IMG/VR virus record: IMGVR_UViG_3300028920_000035
Span: 64,001-128,000 of that record
Strand: one strand, 5' to 3'
DNA length: 64,000 nt
DNA from: a virus
Positions 1 through 11,128 of this stretch are shown here, in pieces. The notes beneath the pieces are model-generated. The model searched no databases. It had not been told where the DNA came from and saw nothing but the letters and a program-made list of their open reading frames with translations. Numbering within the stretch: position 1 is the first letter of the stretch; each line of letters starts with the position of its first letter. Position numbers and translations under genes: made by a program.

Positions 1-1
1 G

Positions 2-3000
2 GGCCAGGTCGTTCTTCAGCAGACCCCGGGGGAGGACGACAACGTTCAGATCGACTACCACTGCATCTGTAATCCCACCGTCGAAGTGCGTCGGCTCAAC
101 TCGCGGGAGTTCCGACTCAACTCGTGGAACCGGGACAATGGTTACCCCCGCGATCGGCAGCATCACTACCGCTTCAACAATGTTCTCATTCGGCCGAGCG
201 ACTATGAAGCGACAGACCTGCGCGCCAAGCTCGATCAGCCTTTGGAACGCGAGCTTCACTACCGGGCCTACGAGCGCGCCTACACAGCTCTGCTCAACGA
301 CCCCCAGCGGTTGGTCCTCAACAGCCCCAACCACCGCATCGCGTACCCCCCAGCTCAACGACTTCTGGAAGAGTCCCTCGTCAACTACGAAGGGACGGTT
401 CTGCCCGAAAACGGTCCCACCCCCTGGGTTCGCAAGGGGGTGGGATCGGCATCGGTCTTGGCCGGAACGCTCACCGTGCAAGACGATTCTGACGGGGAGT
501 TTCCCACGGGCCAGCCTGTCTTTTGGACCCGTTCCATCGACGTCACGTTCACCCACACTTACAGCCAAGCATGGCGCTCTCAGATTGACGTCGTGGACGA
601 GTTTGAGGGCGTTTTCACAGGTGTGGCCGTAGGGTACTCCGACGAACGTGTGGCCGTCGTCGTGGGCTTCTTGGAAGAGGGGGGCGTCCAGAAGGTGGGC
701 CTGCTCCAGCGTGGCGCTCTCGACCCAGGAGACCCCCTATCGTGGTCAGGTGGACTCAACCCCGACTTGACGGCGACGGGCGACGCCGCCGAGCTGGACT
801 GGAGCGCGCTGCACAGTTACCGGCTCTACCGAGACCCAAATGGTACGGTGAGCCTTTACGTCGACGGCGACGTCGTGCCCATTCTGCAACTCGCCACTTC
901 GAGCTTGCCGTATCTTCAGAGTGTTCCTTCTCCCTTCGACGAGATTCAGGGTGCGTTCTTCGGCAGCCTTTCGCGCCCGGCACGGAGCACATCGAGCTGG
1001 GACTTCGTACGCGTTCTCATCCAGCCCTCTAACCCGACCCAATCGGGCCCGGTGGCGATAACCCAGTACGAAGCCAACGTCCTACCCGAAAACGACGTTC
1101 GGCCCTGGACCCCGGTTGGCTACCACGGAACTGGGACAATTCTGTCGACAGATTTCCTCCTGTTGGACGCCACGAGCGCTACCGATGTGGCGACGGCTGC
1201 CGAGGCGGGCCTCATGGGTGGGGACTTTCGGGGCTACTTCCGGCTTGAACCCCTACTCAGCGCCGCCAGCGAGTACGTCGTCGATGCTGCGCCCGCCGTT
1301 CTGAACCTGACCCATGGATTTGATGCCAACGCCGTCATGTTTGCCGTGGACGACGGGCGCCGTTTGCTCCAGCTGAGTTTCCTCGCCGACAAGGAAGCTC
1401 CTCGACTGAGCTACGGCGGGCGATCCCTGCCAGAGGACTTTTCCCCCTACGCTTGGACCCCCATGGGCGGTCAGGCAGGAGAGATGGTAGGGCGGTCTTT
1501 GCGGGTCACGGACACCGTGGTGGGGGACGGTCTGATCTATGTTATCGAGGATTCAGAGCCCTCAGGTTCTGACAATCGGGTCGTGGCTACGGCTCTCGAT
1601 TCGGTGCTCGAAGCTCGACTCAAGGTGACATCCTACGTCGTCGACGGGAGTGGCTTTGCGGGCGCCTTCGCGACGGTTGATGACGGCCTACGTACTGTGG
1701 GGTTCCAGCTTCAGGAGGTCGCGGGGGTCAAGCAGGTCGCCTTGCATTCGGACGGCATCGTGGTCGCGGCCTTCGACTTCGATTGGGGTTCCAGCTTCCA
1801 CACCTACCGCGTCCGCAAGAACACGAGCGGTAACCTCGTAACCCTGTTCGTGGATGGTGTGCTGTTGGGGACCGCAGCGTACAGTTCGTTCACGGCGGGG
1901 GCCCCCGAGCTGGTGGGCCGTATTAGCTTTGGTAGCTCGACCCCCAGCAGTGCGGGCTCGACGGGGATCGTCGATTGGGCTTACTGTAACGCTTTCCGTG
2001 TTCATGTTGGGGTGGGCCCCCGGCGGTACGTCGGCGTTTGGAAAGGCTCCGATCCCGACAGCCTGCTGGGCTATCACCTGCCGCTCAAGACAAAGGGCAA
2101 GGGTGCTCGCACCTACAACACCGTTTACCTGATCGACGACAACGCCAACTTCTTGAGCACGACCGTCGCAGGAGACCAGCTCGTCATCGACGTGGGGCTC
2201 AATCGGGGGGTCTACACGGTTCACTCCGTCATCAGCAACACCGAGCTACGGATCGTCGAGACTTGGCCCGCGACGCCCACCGAGGTGGATTACCGCATCG
2301 CCAAGGAGACCGATTGGACGGTCCAGCACCGGTACCGTTTGGTCCGGGATACGTCGGGGGAGATTTCGGTCTTGCTCGATGCTAACCCAACTCCGCTCAT
2401 CTATCTGGCCTACGAGGAGCAGCCCTTGAGCAGCGCGGGCTTGGTCAATGAGCTGGCGGGAGGGCTTCCCACGGTCGTCTTTGGAGCCTTCAGCAGCGAG
2501 CACTTGAGCCAGTCGCGGTGGGACTACGTGCGCTACCAGATCACGCGCTCCCCGACCGAGATGCGGATCGTGCCGTCCAACCAGGTCCTCAACCAGTGGA
2601 ACGTGATGCACAGCCCCGAACGGCTGTTCACAGCGGAACCACACGACCTGACGGATTTCAAGTCGAGTTCAACGGGTATTGTACCCAAGAAGAACCCTGA
2701 TTTTTTGGCCGAAGACCACTTGGTGGCGTTCACCAAGCTCAACGAGGGCACTCCTCTCGTCCCTTTGACCCAGACATGGGAAGTCCGCAAGCCCTTCATC
2801 ACGACCGAGCCCATTAGCGGGCTCAACCGGCCTGAAGACGTCCTCAATTCCGACGGGGATTTCGTGCTCAACGACGGAGCTCTTAGAGCCCGAATGGTTG
2901 TGCCTGACGACGTGCTCTACTCCAGTCTTGACATCATCGAGCAGACGACGGGTGAGATTTCGCTGGTCAAGCCCTTTGATGACCAGTGTCAGCCCAGCTT

Positions 3001-3499
3001 TGACGGTGTTCAGTACCAGAAGCAGGTCTGCCTGACCTACGACGGGAGCGTCCTGCCGGAGATTGACCCTGCCGCCGCGACGCCTTGGGACCTCGTGAGC
3101 GACGACCCTGGCCAGGTGGCGGTGAGCGCCTTCAACGGCATTCTCACCTATGGGACGGGCACAGGGGGCACACGTACGGTCTACCGCAACAACAGCCCGC
3201 TGCCGGACCATCCGAGCCTGCAAAGCGAGGCGACATTCCGCCTGCGCTTGGCCAATGACGGTTCTCTAGGGACCGACGACTCCCAGGTGCGATTCGGCCT
3301 GAGTGCACCAGGGATGACAGCAGCCCTGGCATTCGTCACCAACCCTTCGACGGCCGAGCGGTTCCTCTTGGTCCTCGACCTCAACAACGGGGCTGTGCTG
3401 GGGAGTCAGAGCTTCGACTTCCTTGACGGGGCATATCACACATATCGGCTCGTGCGGGATCCCGCGGCGGGCGAATTTCGCGTCTTCATTGATTCGTGA
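2..3499 (+). CDS. Large virion structural protein (baseplate/tail) with repeated ConA/laminin-G-like beta-sandwich modules; 5' end outside window
   Basis: Frame is open from position 2. The motif H-[ST/R]-Y-R-[LV]-x-[RK]...V-x-[LV]-[FY]-[VI]-D recurs four times (HSYRLYRD..VSLYVDG, HTYRVRKN..VTLFVDG, HRYRLVRD..ISVLLD, HTYRLVRD..FRVFID). Lies in the structural block. Confidence 0.65.
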   Translation, partial: GQVVLQQTPGEDDNVQIDYHCICNPTVEVRRLNSREFRLNSWNRDNGYPRDRQHHYRFNNVLIRPSDYEATDLRAKLDQPLERELHYRAYERAYTALLNDPQRLVLNSPNHRIAYPPAQRLLEESLVNYEGTVLPENGPTPWVRKGVGSASVLAGTLTVQDDSDGEFPTGQPVFWTRSIDVTFTHTYSQAWRSQIDVVDEFEGVFTGVAVGYSDERVAVVVGFLEEGGVQKVGLLQRGALDPGDPLSWSGGLNPDLTATGDAAELDWSALHSYRLYRDPNGTVSLYVDGDVVPILQLATSSLPYLQSVPSPFDEIQGAFFGSLSRPARSTSSWDFVRVLIQPSNPTQSGPVAITQYEANVLPENDVRPWTPVGYHGTGTILSTDFLLLDATSATDVATAAEAGLMGGDFRGYFRLEPLLSAASEYVVDAAPAVLNLTHGFDANAVMFAVDDGRRLLQLSFLADKEAPRLSYGGRSLPEDFSPYAWTPMGGQAGEMVGRSLRVTDTVVGDGLIYVIEDSEPSGSDNRVVATALDSVLEARLKVTSYVVDGSGFAGAFATVDDGLRTVGFQLQEVAGVKQVALHSDGIVVAAFDFDWGSSFHTYRVRKNTSGNLVTLFVDGVLLGTAAYSSFTAGAPELVGRISFGSSTPSSAGSTGIVDWAYCNAFRVHVGVGPRRYVGVWKGSDPDSLLGYHLPLKTKGKGARTYNTVYLIDDNANFLSTTVAGDQLVIDVGLNRGVYTVHSVISNTELRIVETWPATPTEVDYRIAKETDWTVQHRYRLVRDTSGEISVLLDANPTPLIYLAYEEQPLSSAGLVNELAGGLPTVVFGAFSSEHLSQSRWDYVRYQITRSPTEMRIVPSNQVLNQWNVMHSPERLFTAEPHDLTDFKSSSTGIVPKKNPDFLAEDHLVAFTKLNEGTPLVPLTQTWEVRKPFITTEPISGLNRPEDVLNSDGDFVLNDGALRARMVVPDDVLYSSLDIIEQTTGEISLVKPFDDQCQPSFDGVQYQKQVCLTYDGSVLPEIDPAAATPWDLVSDDPGQVAVSAFNGILTYGTGTGGTRTVYRNNSPLPDHPSLQSEATFRLRLANDGSLGTDDSQVRFGLSAPGMTAALAFVTNPSTAERFLLVLDLNNGAVLGSQSFDFLDGAYHTYRLVRDPAAGEFRVFIDS

Positions 3500-3509
3500 G
3501 GCTAGGTAG

Positions 3510-6500
3510 ATGGCCATTTCCCTCATCAAGTTCACCCAAGGCACCAACACCGACGCCGCCGGACATGCGCTCCTCGGAACCATCGCTGGTGGTCCCGTCA
3601 CCGTCGAGAACGGTGGCGACAACACCAACACTTTGTCGTGGCGCATCGAGCTGCTCTATGCCCCGCCGGAAAGTGGCATGCCCACGGGGGTCGTGGCTTC
3701 CAATGCCAACGACGCGAATCCGACATTTGCTTTCACTCCTGACGCGACCGGCTGCTACCGATTCCGTCTGACCGTTTGGACCGGCGTGTCCTATTCAGGA
3801 ACACAGAACGTCGATATCCGTAACTTCGCGGTTCCCCTCAGCGAGAAAATCGTCCAGCCGCCGTATCAGACACACCCTCCAACCCTCCCCATTCAAGGGT
3901 CAGGGTATCCTGGCGAAAAGCCCGATGAGTTGAACTTCGGGGGGCAGCCCTACGGGTGGGCGGGCGATGACGACCCCACCCGCAAGCTCCTGCACCAGCA
4001 ACTGGCCGAGCTGAACGAGCTGGTGGCGCGGGTACCCGCGGTCACAAACGACGCCATCTTGGCGGCGGTCTCGAATATCCAGATGTCGGTTCCGCTCAAG
4101 ATGAACTTCGACGACGCGGGCAACATCTGGGTCGGCGACGGCAACTTGCTCGACAACACCGACCCTACGAACGGCGTCATCAGCGGCCCCACGATCCCAT
4201 CACCGACTCTTTCTCGGGCGTGGACCTATCCCCAGGTGTCTGACGCCCACCAGCGGACGATCGCGGCCGTCTACTCCCCCGTGACAGACACCATCTTCGC
4301 GGTCCGCTACATCGGGCAAGGAACCCACATTCACGAGCTGACCAAGACGTCCCCCATCACGGAGGTGCGGCCCCCGGTTGATCTGTTGACTACCTCCGAC
4401 GCGCGCAACATCATCACGGGAGGGGGTTATCTGTGGGTAGCGAGCCTTAACCAGGTTTGGCGTGTCAACCCTTCGACTTACTACACTGGGGGCATAGACG
4501 TTGTTGCTGATGGCAGTTCAACCACACCAGCTGGCTACAACGACGGCGCGCTTCTTTTCATCGAAGATACCATCTTTGGGGATGGGTTTGGCCGCTTTTT
4601 CTATACCACGGCCAGTGATGGGGGCATTCATCGTTTCCACTCGGACACCTTGGTCCACGAGGCGTCCTTCACTATGCCAGACACCCCGGCCTACGAGGTG
4701 GCACCTCCTGCCTATGACCCGACCAAGGGTCGTATCGGCGTGGTTTATGATGGGTCGTCCACGGGTATCAATTTCGTCACGTTTGACGCCGACACTTTGG
4801 GCGACAACCTACGCTCGATTGACCTGTCGTCTTACGGGCAACAGTACTTCTCGGTCGCCTATGAGCCGGTTTCGGACACCTACTGGATCTACGCTTACAA
4901 TCTCGCCAATCAAAATGGCGCGATCATTCGAGTTCAGGACACTGGTTCGGCCTTGGTGTATGTAGACACCTTGGACTTGGGGGTTACAGCCTCTGACTAC
5001 TACCCCCCCTACTACCCTCAGCTGACGACCTACGATGGGTACGTCTGGGTGGTGTGCCTGGAAAAGTTGTACGCTTCGACCCGGGCCTACCGATTCCTGC
5101 GTATTGATCCCCAAACGGATGTAGTTTTCCAGATCCCCATCAACAGCCGAACTTACTGGCGAGCTCCCACCCTAAGAGGTGATGTTGAAGGGTCTCTCGA
5201 CAATGCAGTGGTCACCCGCATTCGAGGGGTAGATGGTGTTGACTGGGGCACCGCTTGGACTACTTCGTTGAAGCAGGACGGTATGGTGCCGATGGTCCAC
5301 AGTGGTAGGGGCACCATCTCTCCCACGTTCCTTCCTGCCACCCAGCAGTCGTCCGCAACCGGTAGCCTTTTCCAGTACCAATCAAACGATGACCATCAAG
5401 GGTGGACCATTCGCCGGGATTCTGGGGTGGGGGGTTGGACTGCCCAGCTTCGACCTTCGTACGCCGTGGTGTCAGGGTCCATCGCTGACAGTCCTCAGCG
5501 AATGTACATGACAGATGTGAGTGGTCGAATTGGCAACGACGACCACCTAGCAGCGAACCGATCAGGGGTCATCGATCCGACCGCAGGCGGGGCCAACAGC
5601 TCTTACCGCATCTACGGGGTCACGGGCATCGGACGCAGTCCTCAATTTGGCACCGACTCGTTCCGCATGAAGACGGCCTACGAGAGCGTGGAGTTGACCT
5701 GGAGCCCCGACCATGATGGGTGGGTCATCACAAACCGTTACCGGCCATGGGAAGACGTTGTGCGGCCCAATCCGGTCAACCCCTCGACGATCATGGTCAA
5801 CTCGGGCAAGGCCGTCGTTCACGTCGACACGCGTACGGCGGGGCAGTCGGTGGCTCTTGCCAGCACTTTGATGTCCCACGACGACTGGGTCATCATCAAG
5901 GATTCCTACGGCAATGCAGCAGCCAACAACATCACCGTTGATGGGGGCCCCCACCTGATCGATGGGGTGGCTCAGGTCACTATTGATCAGGATTACGGCT
6001 GCTACATCTTCCGTTACGACGCTCAGGGTGACGACGACGCGGGGTCTTGGGAGGTTCTTGCCAACGTTGGTGCTGGTGGAGGCAGCGGCAGCAGTGACGA
6101 GTTGCCATACCCCCTGCCCACTGAAGAGAGAGTTCTTCGGGGGGGCCCCCTTGCCGTGAACAGCCTTTACTATGTCAGCACTGATGGGGTCGATTTGTGG
6201 CTAGGGCAGAGCCAGTTGGTTACCCAAGACCCTAATGGTGAAAAAAACAACTATCTTCGCACCCGGGGCGACGGGACCTTCACCGAAGTGGGAGACCCTC
6301 TCACGGGGACAATGTCCGAGTGGGCGACCGTTATGGTGCTGTACGAGCCGACTTTGGACCAAATGGTTGCGGTTCAATACGACACCGATTCCAACGCTTT
6401 ACGGTTGGCACCATTGTCTCGGACCACGCCCGCGGTCTTGGGGACGTCGACCCTCATTGCCCCACTCTTCTGCCCTACGGACGGTGTGGCAGGTGGTGGG

Positions 6501-9500
6501 TACCTCTGGTTCACCAACCAGTTCGATACCTGGGTGAAGGTGAGTGCTAACTTCGCGTCAGTCACGTCTTTGGGAGCAAGTGACACTTCTGCCCGTCTTG
6601 CGTATGACGACGGACCAGGCAATCGCTATGGCGACAGCGAAGGCCGCGTGTACATCACCAATAGTACTGTCATCGAACGGTACGTTCCCAGCACGGACGC
6701 CTTGGATGGTACCTTCGACCCCAGTGGCGGATCTTCAGAAGATTTGAGGGGCATTACTGTTGACACCATCAACGGTCGGGTTTGGACGATCTATGATGAT
6801 GCAGAAACTTATCGGCTAACGTCCTTCGATTGCGAGACTCTGGGTGCCAATCAACGTTCGGTCAGCGTTGCCTCCTATGTATTTTCCCTCAACTACATCC
6901 TAGACATTCTGTACGCAGATGGCTTTTGCTACGTACTATTGTACGGGTTTTCCGGAGGGATCCTTTTAAAGGTTCAGGACACCGGTTCGGCACTGAATAT
7001 CGTCGATTCCCTGACTGATACCGTCAGCGACATTGATACCTACATCCCTTGGTATCGCCAGTTGGCGGTGCTTAATGGGTATGTGTACTACCCGTCGAAT
7101 AACAGTAGTTCGCAACCAGTGCTCATGCGGACGGACGTCGCGTCCCTAGGGACCCCTACAGAGGTTGACCTTGGCGTTGGCCTCAACTGGGCAGAATGGC
7201 CCGTTAACGTAGCGGCATCCAATAGCGATACTGTGCCCGACAAGCTCTACTTCAAGATCGATCCTGACGAGTCGTTTGAGCTTGATATTCTCAATCCGGG
7301 GGGCAACGAGAAGCTGCACTTCAGAAGCTTGGCGTCAGTCCTTGGGACCTTTGTTTGGGATTTTGACTCCAGCACGGTAATGTCGGACCCGGGAACCACT
7401 GATTTCCGGTTCAACAATTCCAACTGGGCATCAGCTACCCAGCTTGCTCTTGACGACCAGGTGCTCACTCATGGCACCTTCCTAGACGTAGGTCGTCTCG
7501 TCCAGAACTGGGTAGAGGGTGATCGTCTCCTGGTTCGATCAGTGGACAACAACTCTAACCGGTATGGGATTTTCGAAATCGGTGCAGGTGGTCCCATGGA
7601 CCAAGGCGGTTGGTGGCTCATCCCGGTCTCTCATCTGCAAGGTTCCACATTCACGGCATCGTTCAATGAGAGGTTCTTCTTCTACCGTACTTCAGCAGGC
7701 AATGGTGGGGGTGGTGGTCCCGGTTCAGATACGACGGCTATTCACAGGGATACCTCGGCCGAGATCTCGACCATCACAGAAAAAACTACTCCGGCTGGGA
7801 CCGACCTTCTCATCATCGAGGACAGCGCCGCCGCAAATGCTAAAAAGCGGGTTCAGATCGCTAACTTGCCCAGTTCAGGAGGAGCTGACCCAGTATTCGG
7901 AGGCAACTCTGCCCTTCGCGCCTCTGATACCTATTCGGGGCGAATTCACAAGCTTCAGGGTGGCGGGTTTGACCTGACGGGGGGCGAGCCCCGAAGCATC
8001 GTTGTCGACTATGGGATAGCTTTCAGTGTCTGCCCTGTGGGGGGTCCCAACGGGCGAGGGACCATCGTAGGATTTTTCCTAGGGGTCAAATTCGATGGCT
8101 CACTCAATGCTGGGTTTGAGTTCCCAACTCAAGCCGAAGGCCCTGTCGACCTCATCAAAGACCCTTCGAATGCACCGGGCGCCGAGTTCTACGTAGCGTG
8201 CTCGACCACTGGAACCGTCAAGTACTGTACTGTCTTACGTTGGTTCCCTGAGCCGGTTTCCACCACTGCGGGTGCCGTCACTGTCAATAGCACCTGGTCC
8301 GTTGGGACCAACCCATCACGCTTGATCCGATGCAACACACACCTCGCGGTTTTGTGCAACGGGTCCATTCACAGGATCATCGACATCCACTTAGGCCCCT
8401 TCGTCGTGACCCAGGATTCAATAGCCGTCACGGGTGCTGTTTGGGAAGATGCCATCTATGACGGCAACTACCTTTGGGCACTTGACTCGAATGCCAACTT
8501 GCTTCGGAAGATCGACATTAACGGCAGTACAATGTCCGAAGTCAGCTCAGTGTCCGTGACGACCATTACAGGTAAGGGTAACCTGGCTTTCGACGGGGCT
8601 GCCATCTGGCACTGTAGGGGGGAGAGTTCGTTTCTGGAACGAGTGGACGTTGCAAGTGGATCCGTAACCTCCCTGTCTATAGGTGACATTGGCAGTTACA
8701 GTTCTCGTGCGGTCGCGTTCGATGGGGAGGCCCTGTGGGTCTACACGTCGACTCCCTCCCCTGGCGAGGCGGTGTTCACAGTTGACCCCATTTCAGGGCA
8801 GGTTCGTGAGCGGGAAGTTACGGGGGCCACTGCTTTCGACACCTCATACCGGCATATTGGAATGAGCCTCGGTCGAGGCCAGGTCACTTTTATGTCGCGG
8901 GCATCCGTGCGCACATTCCGTCGAACTGGAGGGTACATCTCTAATGCAGACGCTTTGCTCATCGGTCATGTGGGGCGTGTTTTCACGGGGTTCGGACCCC
9001 TACGCATTCGTGATGGGGATACTCATGATTTGATTGCTGAGGCTCCCAATCTTCGATTCCTACTTTTACAGGACGACGTCACCTCTCCGACGACTTTCAA
9101 GTTTCCTGTGGGCTGGACGTTCCACCCCACCCAGCCGACGGGTGTATCAGAGGCCAACCCAGGCTTCCTCTTCATGTACCGCCCAGCAGACGCCTCCGGA
9201 GAGATCACGATTAACGGGTACCATGCGTCTGGGCCGGCCTTCTTCGATTCTACGGAGACCCTTGCCCCTGGTGAGGTGGCGTTGGTGTTCGAACACCAGA
9301 ATCCGGTGACCCAAGCGGATCGGGTGATGTGGAAGATCCCTGACGCTGGATCGGACGTCCCGAACACCGTCACAGTCGACGCTGGGTTTTCCAGTAAGAG
9401 TGCCTGGAACCCCACCGGATGGGGATCAGCGGAGTTCGTTCGCATTACCTCCGGCGCCGCTGTCGACATCAGCGGTTGGTATTCTGAGGTCACCCACTAC

Positions 9501-9668
9501 CGCAAAAAGTTGGTCAACGTTGGGTCTTTTGCCATCACTTTGAAGCATGCAACGGGGCCCACCGCCTATCAAATGCTCATCACAGGGAGTGCCGACCTCG
9601 TGCTCCAGCCCAACGACATGGTCGACATCACTCGGGATGTTTCCAGCCTCAGGTGGAGGGTCGGGTAA
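3510..9668 (+). CDS. Mosaic tail fibre / receptor-binding protein (2052 aa) with several beta-propeller-like regions
   Basis: G/S/T/D-rich. Contains fibre-type modules (IIKDSYGNAAANNITVDG..IDG; EKTTPAGTDLLIIEDS..NAKKRVQIANL), xDGxxLW propeller-like repeats and a duplicated VQDTGSAL segment. Confidence 0.7.
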   Translation: MAISLIKFTQGTNTDAAGHALLGTIAGGPVTVENGGDNTNTLSWRIELLYAPPESGMPTGVVASNANDANPTFAFTPDATGCYRFRLTVWTGVSYSGTQNVDIRNFAVPLSEKIVQPPYQTHPPTLPIQGSGYPGEKPDELNFGGQPYGWAGDDDPTRKLLHQQLAELNELVARVPAVTNDAILAAVSNIQMSVPLKMNFDDAGNIWVGDGNLLDNTDPTNGVISGPTIPSPTLSRAWTYPQVSDAHQRTIAAVYSPVTDTIFAVRYIGQGTHIHELTKTSPITEVRPPVDLLTTSDARNIITGGGYLWVASLNQVWRVNPSTYYTGGIDVVADGSSTTPAGYNDGALLFIEDTIFGDGFGRFFYTTASDGGIHRFHSDTLVHEASFTMPDTPAYEVAPPAYDPTKGRIGVVYDGSSTGINFVTFDADTLGDNLRSIDLSSYGQQYFSVAYEPVSDTYWIYAYNLANQNGAIIRVQDTGSALVYVDTLDLGVTASDYYPPYYPQLTTYDGYVWVVCLEKLYASTRAYRFLRIDPQTDVVFQIPINSRTYWRAPTLRGDVEGSLDNAVVTRIRGVDGVDWGTAWTTSLKQDGMVPMVHSGRGTISPTFLPATQQSSATGSLFQYQSNDDHQGWTIRRDSGVGGWTAQLRPSYAVVSGSIADSPQRMYMTDVSGRIGNDDHLAANRSGVIDPTAGGANSSYRIYGVTGIGRSPQFGTDSFRMKTAYESVELTWSPDHDGWVITNRYRPWEDVVRPNPVNPSTIMVNSGKAVVHVDTRTAGQSVALASTLMSHDDWVIIKDSYGNAAANNITVDGGPHLIDGVAQVTIDQDYGCYIFRYDAQGDDDAGSWEVLANVGAGGGSGSSDELPYPLPTEERVLRGGPLAVNSLYYVSTDGVDLWLGQSQLVTQDPNGEKNNYLRTRGDGTFTEVGDPLTGTMSEWATVMVLYEPTLDQMVAVQYDTDSNALRLAPLSRTTPAVLGTSTLIAPLFCPTDGVAGGGYLWFTNQFDTWVKVSANFASVTSLGASDTSARLAYDDGPGNRYGDSEGRVYITNSTVIERYVPSTDALDGTFDPSGGSSEDLRGITVDTINGRVWTIYDDAETYRLTSFDCETLGANQRSVSVASYVFSLNYILDILYADGFCYVLLYGFSGGILLKVQDTGSALNIVDSLTDTVSDIDTYIPWYRQLAVLNGYVYYPSNNSSSQPVLMRTDVASLGTPTEVDLGVGLNWAEWPVNVAASNSDTVPDKLYFKIDPDESFELDILNPGGNEKLHFRSLASVLGTFVWDFDSSTVMSDPGTTDFRFNNSNWASATQLALDDQVLTHGTFLDVGRLVQNWVEGDRLLVRSVDNNSNRYGIFEIGAGGPMDQGGWWLIPVSHLQGSTFTASFNERFFFYRTSAGNGGGGGPGSDTTAIHRDTSAEISTITEKTTPAGTDLLIIEDSAAANAKKRVQIANLPSSGGADPVFGGNSALRASDTYSGRIHKLQGGGFDLTGGEPRSIVVDYGIAFSVCPVGGPNGRGTIVGFFLGVKFDGSLNAGFEFPTQAEGPVDLIKDPSNAPGAEFYVACSTTGTVKYCTVLRWFPEPVSTTAGAVTVNSTWSVGTNPSRLIRCNTHLAVLCNGSIHRIIDIHLGPFVVTQDSIAVTGAVWEDAIYDGNYLWALDSNANLLRKIDINGSTMSEVSSVSVTTITGKGNLAFDGAAIWHCRGESSFLERVDVASGSVTSLSIGDIGSYSSRAVAFDGEALWVYTSTPSPGEAVFTVDPISGQVREREVTGATAFDTSYRHIGMSLGRGQVTFMSRASVRTFRRTGGYISNADALLIGHVGRVFTGFGPLRIRDGDTHDLIAEAPNLRFLLLQDDVTSPTTFKFPVGWTFHPTQPTGVSEANPGFLFMYRPADASGEITINGYHASGPAFFDSTETLAPGEVALVFEHQNPVTQADRVMWKIPDAGSDVPNTVTVDAGFSSKSAWNPTGWGSAEFVRITSGAAVDISGWYSEVTHYRKKLVNVGSFAITLKHATGPTAYQMLITGSADLVLQPNDMVDITRDVSSLRWRVG

Positions 9669-9671
9669 CCT

Positions 9672-11081
9672 ATGGCTGGTTCCCAACCCTGGGGTGGGGC
9701 AACGAGCGCTGACATCACGGCCGTTGTCCATGAAGACATGACGATCAGCGAAGGACTGATCGTCTTGCCGGCGGTCGCCGAGCCTGAGCTGTACCCGTCG
9801 GAGACCCCAGGTGGTTGGGGTGGCAAGCTAGGCAGTGGCTGGGGTGGTGCATACCAAGTTCTGCTGACCGAGGTTGGCCTCGGGGACACACTGCTCCTTT
9901 CCGAGTCCCTGTCCATTGACTTCCCGTTGGCAGTCATCGGAGCCACTCCCCTCAGCCCCTACGCAGTGAGGGTCCAGTTCAGTCAGGTTCTCGACCCTTC
10001 CTGGGCACCTAACTACGATCCGGTCAACTACACCCTCAACCCGTTCCTGACGGTCCACGAGGTCTTGCCCGGACTCAACCCCGCGGCGGTCATCCTCATC
10101 ACGAGCCCCCAGCAGCCGACGCTGTATGCGCTGACGGTTTCTGATGCGCGGTCCCTCAGCGACTCCCTCGGGCCGCAGAACACAGCGTCATTCCTGGGCT
10201 TCCCCGTTGCACCGAGTTTCATCGCAGCGGCCCAGAGCACTTCCAAACTGGCCGTCTGGTTCAGCGTGCCGATGCGAGTCGATGCCGAGTTCTCTGCCCC
10301 CGAGAACTACATCGTCACCGACTTGAAGGGGAATCGTCTCTTCGTGGTGTCGGCAACTCCCTCGGGCCCAGACCCTATTTCGCGCGTTGATCTGGAGCTG
10401 ATGCCCGCCTATGAGTTCGAGCCCCTCGACTACTATGCGGTCCAGGTGCTGCCCAATGTCATCAGCTTGCAGGGGGCCACCTGTACGCCAGACACCCAGG
10501 TTTTTCAGTGGCGCGAACACCTGTGGGCGGCCAAGGGAGTCGGGCCCATCAACATTCCCATTGCGAGCTTCAGCGGTGAGGTCGAGGGCGGGTTGCTGGG
10601 GCAGCCCGCAGGACAGATTTTCTTCAGTCCAGCGCTGGAGCAGCCAATTGCCAACTCCACGCTCGAAGTGGACGAGGTGTCTCTCTGCACCCGAGCTTTT
10701 GACGTCTACGAGATGCCGCCTCAAGTGCCGGACCCCGTGCCACTCAGAACTTGGGGCGGGTCGGTAGAGACTCACCTCGTTGGTGGAACCAACGTAGGGG
10801 TGCTCTACGCGCCCGCTGAGCACATGGGCGAGGTACGTCTGACCTTAGCTGATCTGCGTCAAGAGACGATGCCAGCGCCCGTCGACGGGCCCTCGACGGG
10901 CATTCTGGAAGAGCCTATCGACATCTTGAAGGGCGGCTTCCTCAACGACCCACGCTGGGGTTTGGCAGACGGAGTGCTTCCCGACCCCAGCCTTGGCACC
11001 TACCCCGCCGCCTTCCACACCATCGACAACTTGACCCCAGTAGGCCCCGGCTCCACGACCAACATTACCCTTCAGCCGTGA
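9672..11081 (+). CDS. Virion structural protein with Ig-like repeats
   Basis: Two Ig-like segments (VRVQFSQ..DP.NY; LAVWFSVPM..PENY). Coupled to the preceding fibre gene. Confidence 0.55.
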   Translation: MAGSQPWGGATSADITAVVHEDMTISEGLIVLPAVAEPELYPSETPGGWGGKLGSGWGGAYQVLLTEVGLGDTLLLSESLSIDFPLAVIGATPLSPYAVRVQFSQVLDPSWAPNYDPVNYTLNPFLTVHEVLPGLNPAAVILITSPQQPTLYALTVSDARSLSDSLGPQNTASFLGFPVAPSFIAAAQSTSKLAVWFSVPMRVDAEFSAPENYIVTDLKGNRLFVVSATPSGPDPISRVDLELMPAYEFEPLDYYAVQVLPNVISLQGATCTPDTQVFQWREHLWAAKGVGPINIPIASFSGEVEGGLLGQPAGQIFFSPALEQPIANSTLEVDEVSLCTRAFDVYEMPPQVPDPVPLRTWGGSVETHLVGGTNVGVLYAPAEHMGEVRLTLADLRQETMPAPVDGPSTGILEEPIDILKGGFLNDPRWGLADGVLPDPSLGTYPAAFHTIDNLTPVGPGSTTNITLQP

Positions 11082-11091
11082 TTCCTCTTAT
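11080..11091 (+). promoter_or_regulatory. Class B (putative late) promoter element GATTCCTCTTAT
   Basis: Matches GATTCCTCTTGT at 24273 in 11 of 12 nt. Intergenic, upstream of the GAGGAG RBS of 11129. Confidence 0.5.
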
Positions 11092-11128
11092 TGGGTCCGT
11101 TTAAGGACACCCCAGAGGAGAATGAAGG

